Shown here: positions 10,667 through 23,669 of the stretch, piece by piece | Layout: each line of letters opens with the position of its first letter | Numbering within the stretch: position 1 is the stretch's first letter | Assembly (NCBI RefSeq): GCF_963921235.1 | Contig: NC_086100.1 | Span: 53,320,001-53,384,000, forward strand | Length of the DNA stretch: 64,000 nucleotides | Direction of reading: 5' to 3' | Source: Mobula hypostoma | Taxonomy: Eukaryota | The notes under the pieces: model-generated | Database searches by the model: none | The model's input: only the letters and a program-made list of their open reading frames with translations | Told to the model about the DNA's origin: nothing | Position numbers and translations under genes: made by a program

Positions 10667-12589
10667 TTCTAGACCTCTTGAAATGAATGCCAACATTACA
10701 TCCGCCGTCCTCACTAACAACTCTACCTGCAAGTTAACCTTTTGAGCATTATACACAAGGACTCCCAAGTCCTTTTGCATCTCAGATTTTTGGATTTTCT
10801 CCCCAATAAGAAAATAGTCTGCACATTTATATTTTCTACCAAAGTGCACGGCCATGCATTTTCCAACATTGTATTTAATTTACCACTTTCTTGCCCATTC
10901 TCCTAATCTGTCTAAGTCCTTCTGCATCCTACCTGTTTCCTCAATACTACCTGGCCCTCCACCAATCTTCGTATCATCTGCAAACTTGGCAACAAAGCCA
11001 CCTATTCCATCATCTGAATCATTGACATACAGCATAAAAAGAAATGGTCCCAACACCGACCCCTGCGGAACACCACCAGTCACTGGCAGCCAACCAGAAA
11101 AGGATCCTTTTATTCCCACTCGCCACCTCCTACCAATCAGCCAATGCTCTAACCATACCAGTAACTTTCTATAATACCATGGGTTCTTAACTTGGTAAGC
11201 AGTCTCATGTGTGGCACCTTGTCAAAGGCCTTCTGAAAGTCCAAATATACAATATCCACTGCATCCCCGTTATCTATCTTACTAGTAATCTCCTCAAAGA
11301 ATTCCAACAGGTTCGTCAGACAAGATTTTCTCTGAAGGAATCTACGCTTTGTCCTATTTTGTCCTGTGTCTCCAAGTACTCCATCACCTTGTACTTAACA
11401 ATTGACTCCAACATCTTCCCAACCACTGAGATCAGGCTAAGTGGTCTATAATTTCCTCCTTTCTTAAAAGGTGAAGTGATTATAAGGTATAAGGTGTTGC
11501 TCCTCCAACCTGAGTGTAGCCTCATTGTGGCAGTAGAGGAGGCCATGGACTGACATGTCAGAAAGAAAAGTAGAGTTAAAATGGGTGGCTACCAGGAGAT
11601 CCTGCTTTTCCTGAGTGTAGGTACTCAGCAAAGACAGTCTCTCAACTACATCAGGTCTCACCAATATACAGGAGGCCACATTAGGAGTACCGGATACAGT
11701 AGATGACTCCAACAGACTCTCAGAAAAAGTGTCGCCTCACCTGGAAGGACTATTTGGGACTTGAGTGGTAGTAAGGGAGGCGGCGTAGGGGCAGGTGTGG
11801 CACCTGTTCTGCTTGCAATGGTAAGTACCAGGTTGCTGTGAGAATCAGTGGGTTTATAAAATATATCAGTAGATAGACTGTCTCCATAGACAGAGACAGA
11901 GTGATCGAGAAAGGGGAGGGTGGTGTCAGAAATGGATCAAGTAAACTTGTGGGCAGGGTGGAAGCTGGAGGTGGAGTTGATAAAGTAGACAAGCTCAGCA
12001 TGGGTGCAGGAAGCAGCACTAATGCAGTCGTCAATGTAACATAGGGATTAGTTTAGTTTACAATTTGATTACTAATTTAATTGGCATGGCACAACATTGT
12101 TGGTTCCTGTGCTATACTATTCTATGTGCTATATATGTATTCATTAGTGCTGAGGCAGAAATTTATGTCAGTTTTAGGGCAATAAGGTGTAACTGGTTTT
12201 TTTTTGTAATTTAAGATGCTCCTAAACACCTAACAATCAAATGAAGTTTTGTAACCTGATAAGGGCAAAGAAGCCATTATCAGACACTTTCCATTACAAC
12301 CTGAATGTTAGAACCAGAATTTAATTCTACAACACTTTTCAATGGGACTTTTTTTTCCAATTCCCAGTTGTCATTGACAACGAGGTTGTAAAACCAGAAT
12401 TTATATCATTTTCTATTACAATTAAGCAGTACAGGCTGTTTGAAATATTGAGCTGCATTATGCTTGATAAGAAAATGACAACCTGGAATGGTAACTCGAT
12501 ATCAAAATGATGGTCTAGCTTCGTTCTGTGACATGGGTTACGTACACAAAGAAGGTTCTTTAAACACCTGAGACTTCCGGGACACTTAC

Positions 12590-12649
12590 TAGCCTGACGC
12601 TTCTGGCTAAGATCACGATTCCGACCACTGCCAGACCCGTGCTGATCGT
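12590..12649 (-). CDS. C3orf33: C3orf33 orthologue, coding exon 2 (hydrophobic segment)
   Basis: tag acceptor 12650-52, GTAAGT donor; 60 nt, TISTGLAVVGIVILARSVRL, compared with human NISTGMAIAGIMLLLRSIRL as recalled. Confidence 0.92.
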
Positions 12650-12819
12650 CTAAAAACACAAGCAGAGGGACAAGGCAATGAGAAGCAACCTACAATGCAA
12701 ACTTCTCCAAGCTTTCTGCTAAAGCACCCAAATTACAAAGTAAATCCCTTTGCCTCACTATCCCAATACTGTGCGTCCATTTTATAGCAGCTAGATCGTC
12801 AGTATGTAAATATCCCTCA

Positions 12820-13380
12820 TACCCGAACCACCCGAACATGCTCGTCCACAAACTCCACAGCTTTGCTGAGATAGTAACCGAGCGCATTCGGCCCCTCGTC
12901 AGACATGTTTTGCGCGCTGCATCACGGGAAGTATCGTGCGAATTGCTGAAGCGACGCGTGCTCGTCCGCGCATCAAACGGGCGGGCAGCTTGGTCACGCT
13001 TAAAGCCTCGTTTATACTTCTGCGTCAACGCGTCGCCGCAAAGCTGACACCGAACCCGACGCGAGAGCATGCGTTGCTGCGACGCGCAACTGTCCCAAAA
13101 TGTAACCGCGCGTCGCGGCAACGTAGGACGCAACAGCTGTGATTGGTCCGCTTGGTATCATCGCATGTCATCCTACGCTGCAATAGCTTCCCATTGGGCG
13201 ACTGAAGGGCAGGGAAGGAACTCGGCTGCAATGCTCTCCATAAGCTTTACAGACCCCCGAAATTATGAAAGACACATTTCGCACGAATGTCTTGTTTACC
13301 CCGAGACTACCATGACCATGAAGCCTTGTGCGGGCACCAGTGCACATGCGTGTACGTGCCGATTTTATTCTCCTACAAAT
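12820..13380 (-). promoter_or_regulatory. CpG island / probable C3orf33 promoter
   Basis: Dense CpG against an AT-rich, CpG-poor background, covering exon 1; CCAAT on the minus strand at 13142-46 and 13193-97; ETS-like CGGGAAGT at 12925-32. Confidence 0.7.
12823..12906 (-). CDS. C3orf33: C3orf33 orthologue, coding exon 1
   Basis: ATG at 12906 (aaacATG); MSDEGPNALGYYLSKAVEFVDEHVRVVR, then GTATGA donor; the end matches human ...WADDHLRLVR; phase 0 fits exon 2. Confidence 0.88.
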
Positions 13381-14111
13381 CGTTTTTGGTGATTCTGTTC
13401 AGTGAAACTACTGTACATACATTATTTCTACTTTATATAGGCTGAGTATTTATCATATCATTCCTGCTTTTACTATATGTTAGTGTTATTTTAGATTTTA
13501 TGTAACAGCGCATCAATATAGTGATAAGTCAATTATAAGTCACTTAGAAGTCAATAGCATCATAACATATTAAATAACGTTTGGATATTAGACACACAGC
13601 ACATATTTTCCCCATATGAACATATAAAATCATTGCAACACACCAATATCACTGAATCAGTGGGAGCCCTGAGCTTGTTTCCTTGCAACGAGAGGGTGCC
13701 ATTGAAGGGTGATGGGAGACAGCAATACTCGAAGGGGGTTCCTTATGTCCAGTCTATTCCGCAATTTAGTTTTCATTGCATTCATTGCAGAAAAGCCCGC
13801 TTCGCAGAAGTATTATTTTGGAAATGGAAGCAAAGTTTTCAGTGCTTTCGTGGCTATCTCAGGATATTTGGCCTTGACTTTGATCCAGAATGCCGGCAGA
13901 GATGTTATGTCAAACATATTTTTCAGCCCACCATCATTTGCAAGCTTGGGGAGTTGATCTCCTTCCCGCCCTGACATGGATGACACGCGGGTAATGACCT
14001 CGGGTGCGTTCAAGCTCAACAGTGGCCGTGACAGGGAATGAGGAAAGGTGCAGCTGACCAATATCGCCAAATCATATCGTTTCCTCGCGGCCCGGTGGTT
14101 GCAGACCACTG
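13004..14111 (-). mobile_element. Composite DNA-transposon relic (Harbinger-like end, Tigger-like segment, Charlie-type hAT)
   Basis: TAA followed by AGCCTCGTTTATACTTCTGCGT at 13001-13025 resembles PIF/Harbinger termini (family call tentative); 13410-13503 is shared with 36023-36270; ~13510-14111 is a reverse copy of the 9398 hAT ending GACCACTG. Confidence 0.6.
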
Positions 14112-14815
14112 TGTTAAGATGCAACCCGTCCCTTCTGTACAATTCATCCTTACCCCAAAACAGATCCCAGTGGTCCAAGAATCTAAATCCCTGCCTCCTG
14201 CACCAGCTCCTCAGCCACACATTCAGATCCCCAATCTCCCTGTTCCTGTCCTCTCCAGCACAAGGAACTGGAAGCAAACTGGAGATAACCACCCTGGAGG
14301 TCCTGCTTTTCAGCCTTCTTCTGAGTTCTCTGAAGTCACGCTGCAGAATTTCTTTCCTCATCCTCCCGACGTCATTTGTGCAGACATGCACCACCATTTC
14401 CGGCTGTTCACCTTCACCTTCGAGGATACCCTGCAATCGGTCTGTGATGTCCTGGATCCTGGCACCAGGGAGGCAACACACCATCCTTAAATCCCACCTG
14501 TTGCCTCAGAAACCCCTTTCTGTACCTCTCATTATGGAGTCCCTTCCTACCATGGCTCTGCCTGACTTCTGTCTCCTTGTCTTTGTTTCAGCGCCAATTT
14601 TTGACTCGCAGGCCTGTCCGCCTCTCAAACTGGCACTGTCTTCTGTCCCGACAGCTTCCAAGAGGGCGAACCTGTTATCAAGAGGTACATCCCCCGGGGT
14701 GTCCTGTACTCCAAGCATCCATCGTCGCCCCCCCCCCTCTTCCGGTATCTTCGGTGTAACAATGTCGCTGTAGGTCCTGTCCAGAAAACTCTCGGTTTCC
14801 CGAATGAACCTGAGG
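14112..14815 (-). mobile_element. CR1 ORF1 fragment (SGNH/GDSL esterase domain)
   Basis: (G)DSIMRG, CCLPGARIQD, VVHVCTNDVG, VVISSLLPVP and DGLHLN motifs. Confidence 0.85.
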
Positions 14816-17740
14816 TCATATAGGCCCAGTGGCATCAGATGCTCTGCATATGACAAGCCATTCAATCCTGGGAACATTTTTGTGAACCTCCTTTGAACCC
14901 TCTCCAGTTTCAACACATCCTTTCCAAGATAAAGGCCCCAAACTGCTCACAATACCCCAAATGAGGCCTCACTAGTGCTTTATAAAGTCTCAACATTACA
15001 TCTTTGCTTTTATATTCTAGTCCTCTTGAAATGAATGCTAACAATGCATTTGCCTTCCTCACCACAGACTAAAACTGCAAATTAACCTCAAACAAGAGAA
15101 AATCTGCAGATGCTGGAAATCTGAGCAACACACACAAAATGCTGGAGGAACTCAGCAGGCCAGGCAGCATCTATGGAGAAAAGTACAGTCGATGTTTCAG
15201 GCCAAAACCCTTTGGCAGGACTGGAGAAAAAAAGCTGAGGAGTAGATTGAGAAGGTGGGGGTGGGGGAGAGAGAAACACCAGGTGAGAGGTGAAACCTGG
15301 AGGAGGAGGGATGAAGTAAAGAGCTGGAAAGTTGATTTGTGAAAGAGACAGAAGGCAATGGAAGAAAAAAAAGGGGGGAGAAGCACCAGAGGGAAGCGAT
15401 GGGCAGGCAAGGAGATAAGGTGAAAGAGGGGAAAGGGGATGGGAAATGGTGAAGGTGGGGTGGGGGCCATTACCAGAAGTTAGAGAAGTCGATGTTCATG
15501 CCATCAGATTGGAGGCTACCCAAACAGAATATAAGGTGTTGTTCCTCCAACCTAGGTGTTGCCTCATCAAACAGTGGAGGCGGCCATGGATAAACATATC
15601 AGAATGGAAATGGGAAGTAGAATTAAAATGGGTGGCCAGTGGGAGATTCCGCTTTTTCTGGTGGAAGGAGCACAGGTGCTCAGTGAAGCAGTCTCCCAAT
15701 CTACCTCAGGTCTCACCAATATACAGGAGGACACACCAGGGGCACTATACTCAGTATATGACCCCAACAGACTCACAGGTGAAGTGTCGCCTCACCTGGA
15801 AGGGCTATTTAAGGCCCTGAGTGGTCGTGAGGGAGGAGGTGTAGGGGCAGGTGTAGCACTTGTTCTGCTTGCAAGGATAAGTGCCAGGACGGAGATCAGT
15901 GGGCAGAGACGAATGAACAAGGGAGTCGCATAAGGAGCGATCCCTGCAGAAAGCAGAAAGTGGTGGGGGGTGCAGAGGAAAAGGTGAGTTTGGCGGTGAG
16001 ATCCCATTGGAGATGGCGGAAGTTTCAGAGAATTATGTGCTGGACGCAGAGGCAGGTTGGGTGGTAGGTGAGGACAAGAGAAATCCTAACCCTGGTAGGG
16101 TGGCAGGAGCATGGGGTAAGAGATGATGTGCGTGAAATTGAAGAGATGTGGTTGAGGGCAGCATTAATGGTGGAGGAAGGGAAGCCCCTTTCTGTGAAGA
16201 AGGAAGATATCTCCTTCATTCTGGAATGAAAAGACTCATCCTGAGAGCAGATGCGGTGGAGACGGAGGAATTGAGAGCAAGGGGTGGCAAGTAAAAAGTG
16301 GTACAAGTAACAAGGTGGGAAGAGGTCGTCCAAGTAGCTGTAACAGTCTATAGGTTTATAATAGACATCAGTGGATAAACTGTCTCCAGAAATAGAGACA
16401 GTGAGATCAAGAAAGGGGAGGGAGATGTTGGAAATGGAGCTGGTAAACTTGAGTGTACGGTGGAAGCTGGAGGCAAAGTGGATGAAGTTAACGAGTTCAG
16501 CATGGGTGCAGGAAGCGGCGCCAATATCGATGTAGCGTAGGAGAAGTGCAGGACAGTCACCAGTGTAGGCTTGGAACGTAGACTGTTCCACGTGGCTGAC
16601 AAATAGGCAGGCATAGCTGGGACCCATGGGAGTGTCCGTGGTTACACCTTTTGTTTGAAGGAAGTGGGAGGAGCCAAAGGAAAAATTATTTAGTGTGATG
16701 ACAAGTTCTGCTAGGCAGAGGAGAGTGGTGGTGGTGCAAGGAAACTCAGGATTCCTACACAAGGACACCCAAGTGTCTTTATCCTCAGATTTTTGTATTT
16801 TCTCTCCATTTAGAAAATAGACAACCCTTTCATTTCTTCTAAGTTTATGACCATACACTTCCCGATACTGTATTCCATCTGCTATTTCTTTGCCAATTCT
16901 CCTAATATGTCTAAGACCTCTGAAGCCTCCCTACTTCCTCAAAACTACCTGCCCCTCCACCTACTTTCATATTGTCTGCAAACTTTGCAACAAAGACACA
17001 AATTCCATCTTCTAAATCATTAACACATCATGTAAAAACAATCAGTCGCAACACCACTAGTCGCTGGCAGCCAGCCAGAAAAGGTTCCGTTCAATCTCAT
17101 CATTGCCTTCTGCCAATCAGCCGCTACTTTATTCATGCTAGAATCCTTCCTGTAATACGATGGGCTCATAGTTTGTTAGGCAGCCTCATTAGTAACACTT
17201 TGTCAAATGCCTTCTGAAAATCCAAGGACACACCACCAACCGATTCTTCTTTGTCTATCCTGCCTGTTATCTTTTCTCCCCCAAAGAACTCTGCCAGATT
17301 TGTAAGATCTTCACTTGTGGAAACCATGCTGATTGTGGCCTATTTTATCATGTGCCTCCAAGTACTCTGAGGCCTCATCCTTAATAACTGACACCAACAT
17401 CTTCCCAATCACTGAGGTCAGACTAACTGGCCTGTAGTATCCTTTCCTCTGCCTTTCTCACTTCTTGAAGAGTGGAGTGACATTTGCAAATTTCCATTCC
17501 TCTGGAATCATTCCAGAATCTAGTGATTCTTGAAAGATCATTACTAATGCCTCCATGATTTCTTCAGCCACCTCTTTAAGAACTCTGGGCTGTACATCAT
17601 CTGGTCCAGGTGACTTATCAAACTTCAGACCTTTCAGTTTCCCCAAGAACCTTTTGTCTAGTTATGGAAACTTCACACCCTTTGACACCTAGAACTTCCA
17701 CCATACTGCTAATATCTTCCATAGTGAAGACTGATTCAAA
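14816..17740 (-). mobile_element. CR1 ORF2 fragment interrupted by a Penelope-like element
   Basis: KSPGPDDVQPRVLKE, WKFANVTPLFKK, ERVQRRFTKMFPGL. Confidence 0.85.
15088..16745 (-). mobile_element. Penelope-like element (RT, GIY-YIG, pseudo-LTR), 5'-truncated
   Basis: PLE RT motifs NNFSFG..FLQTKG...G.PMGPSYACLF, RYID, LPFLDL, TDVYYKP, SQFLRLHRICS; GIY-YIG tail; pLTR with degenerate hammerhead at ~15187-15223. Confidence 0.88.
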
Positions 17741-17899
17741 CATACTTGTAATTCCACAGCTTCTGAGTTGTGGTAATACAAATGAATAACAAGGAGATAA
17801 AATTAGGTTATTTTCTTGCTGAAGGTAATCATTGTTACTTTACATTTATAATCCAAGCTTGAATAGAGCCATAGAGGCATCACAGCTCTGTAATGGATA

Positions 17900-18232
17900 G
17901 CATAATGGTACAACCAGTAGAACTGCTGCTTTGAAGCACCATTAACCCAGGTGCAATCTTAACCTCTGGTGCTATCTGAAATTCACACACTTTCCCTATG
18001 ACTTCATGGGTTTTATGCCAATACCCGAGTTTCATCCCATATGCTGAAGACATGGGTGGAGAAGTTAATCATTAATCATAAAATTGCTCCTAGTACTTGG
18101 ATGAGTCGTAGAATCTGGGCAGGGGTGGGGTGGGGGGTGTTTGATAGGAACATAGGAAGAATAAAATGGGATCAGTGTAAAAAGATACTTGATTGTGTGG
18201 ATTCAGTGGGCAGAAGGGACCACGTTCTATGA
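17900..18232 (+). mobile_element. Degenerate tRNA-derived V-SINE
   Basis: tRNA-like head followed by a V-domain-like core (TTCCCTATGACTTCATGGGTTT...GTTTCATCCCAT). Confidence 0.55.
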
Positions 18233-18539
18233 CCTTAATAAACCGGATACCTCATGACAGCAAATATTTGCATTAACTGGAAATAACAAAATCTGATCAA
18301 CTTTTGCACCATAAACAGATTTCAGTAAATAAATCTCTTCTCTCAGGAGGGTAGATGTAAATGGAAGATGTAACCGAGCCTATCCATTTGTGGATGCAAA
18401 CATCCAAGAACTGGAGCCTGGTCTTTCATCATTTGGACCAGCTTACCACTGGCCCTTGCTCTGTCCACCATCATTGCAAATGCAGGCCTCTTCTATCCTG
18501 TGGGATCCTTAGGAGCAACAATAAGGATTCAACCCTGAT

Positions 18540-19095
18540 TGAGAGTATTGTCAATAATTTTGGGCCCTGTATCACAGAATGGATATGTTGTTCTTGGAGA
18601 GAGTCCAGAGGTGGTTCACAAGGATAATTTCAGGAACGAAGGGGTTAACATATGAGGAGCATTTGGCAGCTGTGGGCCGGCACTCACTGGAATTCAGAAG
18701 AATACATGGGAATCTCATTGAAACTTATCAAATGTTGAAAGGATTAGATGGGGCAGATGTGGAGAGAATGTTTCCTGTGGTGGGGGTATCCAGAACTAGA
18801 GGTCACAGTCTCAAAATTGAGGGGCAACCTTTCAGAACAGAGTTAAGGAGGGATTTTCTTTAGCCAGAGAGTAGTGAATCCATGGAATGCTCAGCCACAG
18901 AATGCGGTGGAGGCCAAGTCCATGGGTATATTTAAGATGCAAGTTATTAGTTTCCTGATTGGTCAGGCCATCAAAGGATATGGCAAGAAGGCACGTGTAT
19001 GGGGTTGAGTGGGATCCGGTGTCAACCATGCTGGAATGCTGGAGCAGACTAGATGGGCTGAATGGCCTCATTCTGATCCTATGTCTTATAGTCTA
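18540..19095 (+). mobile_element. CR1 3' fragment
   Basis: LERVQRWFTRII...RTRGHSLKI plus 3' UTR. Confidence 0.85.
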
Positions 19096-21589
19096 ATATC
19101 AACAGTCTTGATTGTCACTCTGTTATCGCCTAGAACTCAGACACTCTGATAGTACTATCACTAATTTGAGTCCAACATTTTACTCAGGGTAGTGATGCCA
19201 CCATGGCTAGTTAAAGAACAAAGTGATGGATATGTTTTTTTCCTGGAAATGGTAAAGCAGATAGTTTTTTTGGGAGTGGGGGAGGCATGTTGCCATCACT
19301 AATACGCTGATCTAATATTTCAATGTCTCCCTTTTGACATTCAAACATAAGTCATCCTAAGGAACATGGAATCCGCTAGCTATTTTGTAACATGCCCTAT
19401 CACTGGATCATGCAAAGTAGGATTTATACCACTGGTGATCCCCTATTTTCTCCCCTTTCATTTCTCAAATAGTGAAGATGTATTTACTAGCCTCATCCAG
19501 AACAATTGCAAAATATTCAGAATCTATAAAGCAATCTCTTTCAAAACTCAGATGAACATCAGGGTCCTTTAGATTATATATTTGTAGTCAGACCAATATA
19601 TTCCACCCAACTTCTTCATTCTCACTAGTGTTCTGATTTTTTTTTAAAATGCAGATTATTTTGTGTAATTTTTTGTGAAAATGAAGTTTAGTCCCCACTA
19701 TTAATTATCCCATCTCTCCAATTCTTCCTAAAGTGATAGATATTTTTCCCCTAAGTTCTGTCGCTGGGGTCATCACTTTGCTGCTTGGATAACATGTAAG
19801 GAACTGCAAATACAGGTAAAAGTATAACTATTCCCCACACTTCCAACATCCCACCCATCTACTTTTGATTTTATAATTGAGGGAAAATGATTTATTGTAC
19901 AGCTGAAGACAGGTAAGCAAAAGGATAATGGGAGCTGGATATCCCATGTTATTATTGGTGCCAAATCAGCTACATTGTACAGCTATCCCATGAACTGCAA
20001 ACTGCCAGATATTGCTGGTCATTTTGCAGCATTCCATTAATATAAAGACATGATTAATAAGAAATATCCTTTTGAAAATGTGTTCACTGATCAATCAACT
20101 CCTCAATTTTCTCCATTGTCTCTGCCTCTTGCTTCAACTGCTTTCTCCATTTCTAAGAATGAGTTAACCCACTAATTTTCCATTGCTTATTCTTTGTTTT
20201 TCCTCTCTTCTTCCATTATGAGGAGTTACCAGATCAGGTATTGGCTAACTCTGGCTTTTCATGGATAGTAAAATTTGAAACCATAAGTAAGAACAAGTCT
20301 ATCCAAAATTAATATACAAGATGCCTTGTGTTGTAAAGTGTGGTCAAATTTTATTCCTTTCTAATTTCAAGTTGTGAATACTAGGAAAGGGAATTTCTAG
20401 CTTGATATGATAATGGTGAAAAATGCAAGAAAAATATAGTAGCAACAATCTCAATATGATTAAACCATTATATCAAAATAACAAAGTTGAAAAATGGACG
20501 AGAATCTTAAAAGACAAACTTTTAAATGGACATGAATAAGCAAATAAAACAAATATACAGCAAATCAAGATAACATCAATCACAATCCAAAAAAATTATT
20601 GAGTAAGGCATTATGAAGTGCACTGAGTTTTCTTTGAGAAAGGACAAGGGAAAGCACAGGAAGAACAATCTCCACAAAATCATTTAGAGCAGCAGGACTA
20701 ACTGGGGAAATTCATTTTTTGGAAAAACAATGTAATTTAAAAAAGATTTTCATTTATTTTTATGAACAATAAAAGTGCAGCAGATTAAGTACATAGACAT
20801 TTTAAATTATATTCTTGAGATGGATGTGATGATAAAGTCAATTCCAACAATTATTGTTATTTCTGAGTCACCCTTTTAAGGCACCTTTACGTTGTCCTGG
20901 TGTAGATGTTCCCTTAAAAATAGTATCTAATGTAACAACAAGGAAGTACAGAATCTTGGTGGGGGGGGGGGGGAAGGCCGGGTGGTGATGTTACCATGTA
21001 TGAACTGCCCCTGTTATTCTGGCTAATGGAAATTGTGCGTAATTGAGTTACTGCTGGACAGTTGCTGTAGATGCATTGAATATTTATGAATACTTGCCAT
21101 GACACAACATATTCATCGGGAAGCTGTTTTGTTCTAATTAGGAAATTTAAATTAATTGTTTTTTTAAAACTAGATTTAAAATTAACTGGACAAGTTATAA
21201 TATACTATTGTTTTTTCAGGCAGTTCACAAGCAGCACAACAAATATATGCAGTCATCGTTCAAAAATATTAGTAATGATCACTGCAGTACAATCAGTTTT
21301 TCACGAATTGACTGAATACTACTCATTGCTGGTTCAAAAAAAAGTTAGTACAGAAGCAAGCACCAGCAAATACTGAAGCATGATTAAGAATCAGCTAGTA
21401 AACAAAAATAAACACACGATATTCTTGGCAAGTGTGTAAATTAGAATAGCAGGCACATCACCAAACAAGTTTAAATAAATGAATATGGCAGTGTACAACA
21501 CCATAGCATTAAATTGATGTTGGCAGGCATTAAATGGAAAAGACAAGATTTTAGTGCAAATTGGTATGACCCTAGCACTCAACATCCAC

Positions 21590-22207
21590 TATTTCAGCAG
21601 TTTTGCGTATTGATTTACAACCTCATCCTATTACTGCAATTTTTGGGTTACCATGGACTCTGATCATTTATCCCCTTCAGCTTCCTGTTTGATTGCATTT
21701 GTTACATTAATAGCTAGAAGATCCATTTTATTTAAATGGAAAGATTCTAATCCCCCTACTACATTTCAATGGTTTTCCCAAATTATAACATGTTTAAACT
21801 TGGAAAAAAAAATAGGAGTGGTACTATCGATCCTTCAGTTAAATTTGAAAAAACTTGGAGGCCATTTATTCAACATTTTCATATGATGTAAGCTGACCTT
21901 TTCTGAATCCTTTCCAATGACTTTTTGTTTGTGTATAGAGGAGCGGGATTAATGACAAATAATGATTTTAACTGATGAAACAGCAGCCCAGCCTTTGTTG
22001 TTTTTTTTAGTGTAGGGGAACATTTTCTTTGTATAAAATTTTTTGAATCTTTTTCATGTTCAGTTATTAAGAGATTGGGAAGCTTAAATTACATATGCTA
22101 CTCGGAGTCTATGTCTGTATACGTTAACCGTTATTAATGTAATCCCGATCTCTTTATCATTATCATTGTTTATCAATTCAAAACTTAATAAAAAAGATTG
22201 AGAAAGA
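21590..22207 (+). mobile_element. 5'-truncated L1/Tx1-clade LINE 3' end
   Basis: LIARRSILFKWKDSNPPT..QW...I..CLNLEK resembles fish L1 ORF2 C-termini; ends AATAAA plus A-rich tail; possible degenerate TSD (caacatccac / caacacccac). Confidence 0.7.
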
Positions 22208-23669
22208 ACCAACACCCACATGACAAAGGTCCTCTATAAATCTGCACCCTCTGCACAAACAGATAAATGTCAACTACTCCTCAAACTCTTGGGAGTTATC
22301 AGTTGATGAAGGTAGACATTGATCATATTTATGTATGTCTTCAATAAGCTAACATAGCCTTTTGTCCGTGATAAGAGGGTGTTGAAGATATTAAAATAAA
22401 ACCTTAAACATGGCATGAAACTAATGATCTGCTAGACAGCCATGAGTCCTGTCCTCTTTTGACATCTGAACTACCTATAACAGATCCCTCAAAGTATTTG
22501 AAAGATACCACCACAACAAAATCCTGGAAGGTTTAGTAAATCAACGACATCTTCTCCCTGGTCAGTATTCTCAGGATCAAAGCCTTAATACACTCAGTCT
22601 GCCCCTCTGGACAGCCCAGCTTATTTGCATATACAGTAATACAGACATTTGTCAAGGTTTTCCTCCAAACCTCTTGACAAAATACAAATCCCAACTGACT
22701 CTTTGGAATTCTTAGTGCATGATTGCTTGAAGTGGTAATGGAACAATTGAGATGGTATTAGAGCCTCAAGTTCATGCACTGAAAACACACAGAAGCCCTG
22801 CGTAAATGGCAGAGGAGCTCAGCACCTCACAAACTGCCCACCTGTCAGGCACTTCCAGTCCCATCGGTGGAAGAGTCAGGATCCAAAGTTGACTCACTAT
22901 TCACTTCAAAACCTGAGAGGAAGCAAAGTCATACTCAATTCAATGTGACACCAGAGAAGATGCCAGTGAACATACAACTTAATACAGCACAAAATAGTCC
23001 TTTACTAAACACACTAAATCTAATCTGGCTGCTGCATTTTCAAGGATTCCTTGTAACATCTGCAAGAATGAAACCTGCACAAGCCCAGCTGTGCCAATGG
23101 TAAAATCAGGATAGTCATTTAAAAATATCATGCCTTGCCTTCTGTTCATTAATTAGTGAACCAGAAGTTTGAAAACAAATTTTGTTGCCAATAACTGCAG
23201 AGATCATCAGAAATATGGAAAAAATAAACATTTCATAAGATTTCTTAACAAGATCAATTAAAAAAAACATCTTTATATATTTTTCTGCTAATGGATGAAT
23301 TAACTATTTGGAACATAATTCTTTTCTTTTAATGAGGTAAAATGAAGCAGAAACAAGTATGTTTCATTCTTGGTGCAAAAAAATTCCATTTGTTTTTGAT
23401 TACAAAGAGAAACCTCGGCTGATACTTTTTAAAGAGCCAAAGACAAAAGTTACAAGAGAAGAATAGTTAGTGATTTGAGACTGGGGAATATTTGAAATTA
23501 TAAGTTTCTTGATGAAAATTTCAGACTAGTTTTCCTTCAGAACCAACTTGACCTGTGTCAAACATCCCTCACTCTGCCATCTATTTAATTTGATGGAAGG
23601 AAGATCGGACATCAGTGAGCAAACTAAAAAATCTGATATCTATTCTCTGGCAGATGTTAAATTTTAAAA

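Larger units (their letters stand above)
8797..11487 (-). mobile_element. CR1 LINE RT/3' fragment interrupted by a hAT element
   Basis: NYRPLSLISVVGKMLE, GVPQGSVLGPFLF, KFADDTKI, LVRPHLEY, RTRGHSLRI on the minus strand. Confidence 0.88.
8199..12043 (-). mobile_element. Penelope-like element (RT end, GIY-YIG, pseudo-LTRs) interrupted by a CR1
   Basis: 12-bp TSD GGGATTAGTTTA at 8187-8198 and 12044-12055; QDLLVATHFNS..DMSVHGLLYC..RLEEQHL at ~11490-11620; pLTR pieces at 8205-8790. Confidence 0.8.
7940..12125 (+). mobile_element. CR1 3' fragment split by nested insertions
   Basis: CR1 3' sequence runs ~7940-8198 and resumes at ~12056-12125 (tgtgctatactattctatg tail). Confidence 0.7.

Noticed and set aside
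12339-13133. ORF-track proteins 12339-12659 and 12690-13133
   Set aside because: Wrong frames overlapping true C3orf33 exons 2 and 1; their length reflects GC-rich sequence.
13813-14484. 223-aa esterase plus hAT-dimerisation 'fusion gene'
   Set aside because: Chance read-through across the junction of a CR1 ORF1 relic and a hAT end at 14111; the catalytic GDS motif is in another frame.
14048-14773. 241-aa plus-strand ORF
   Set aside because: Antisense shadow of CR1 ORF1; no recognisable domain.
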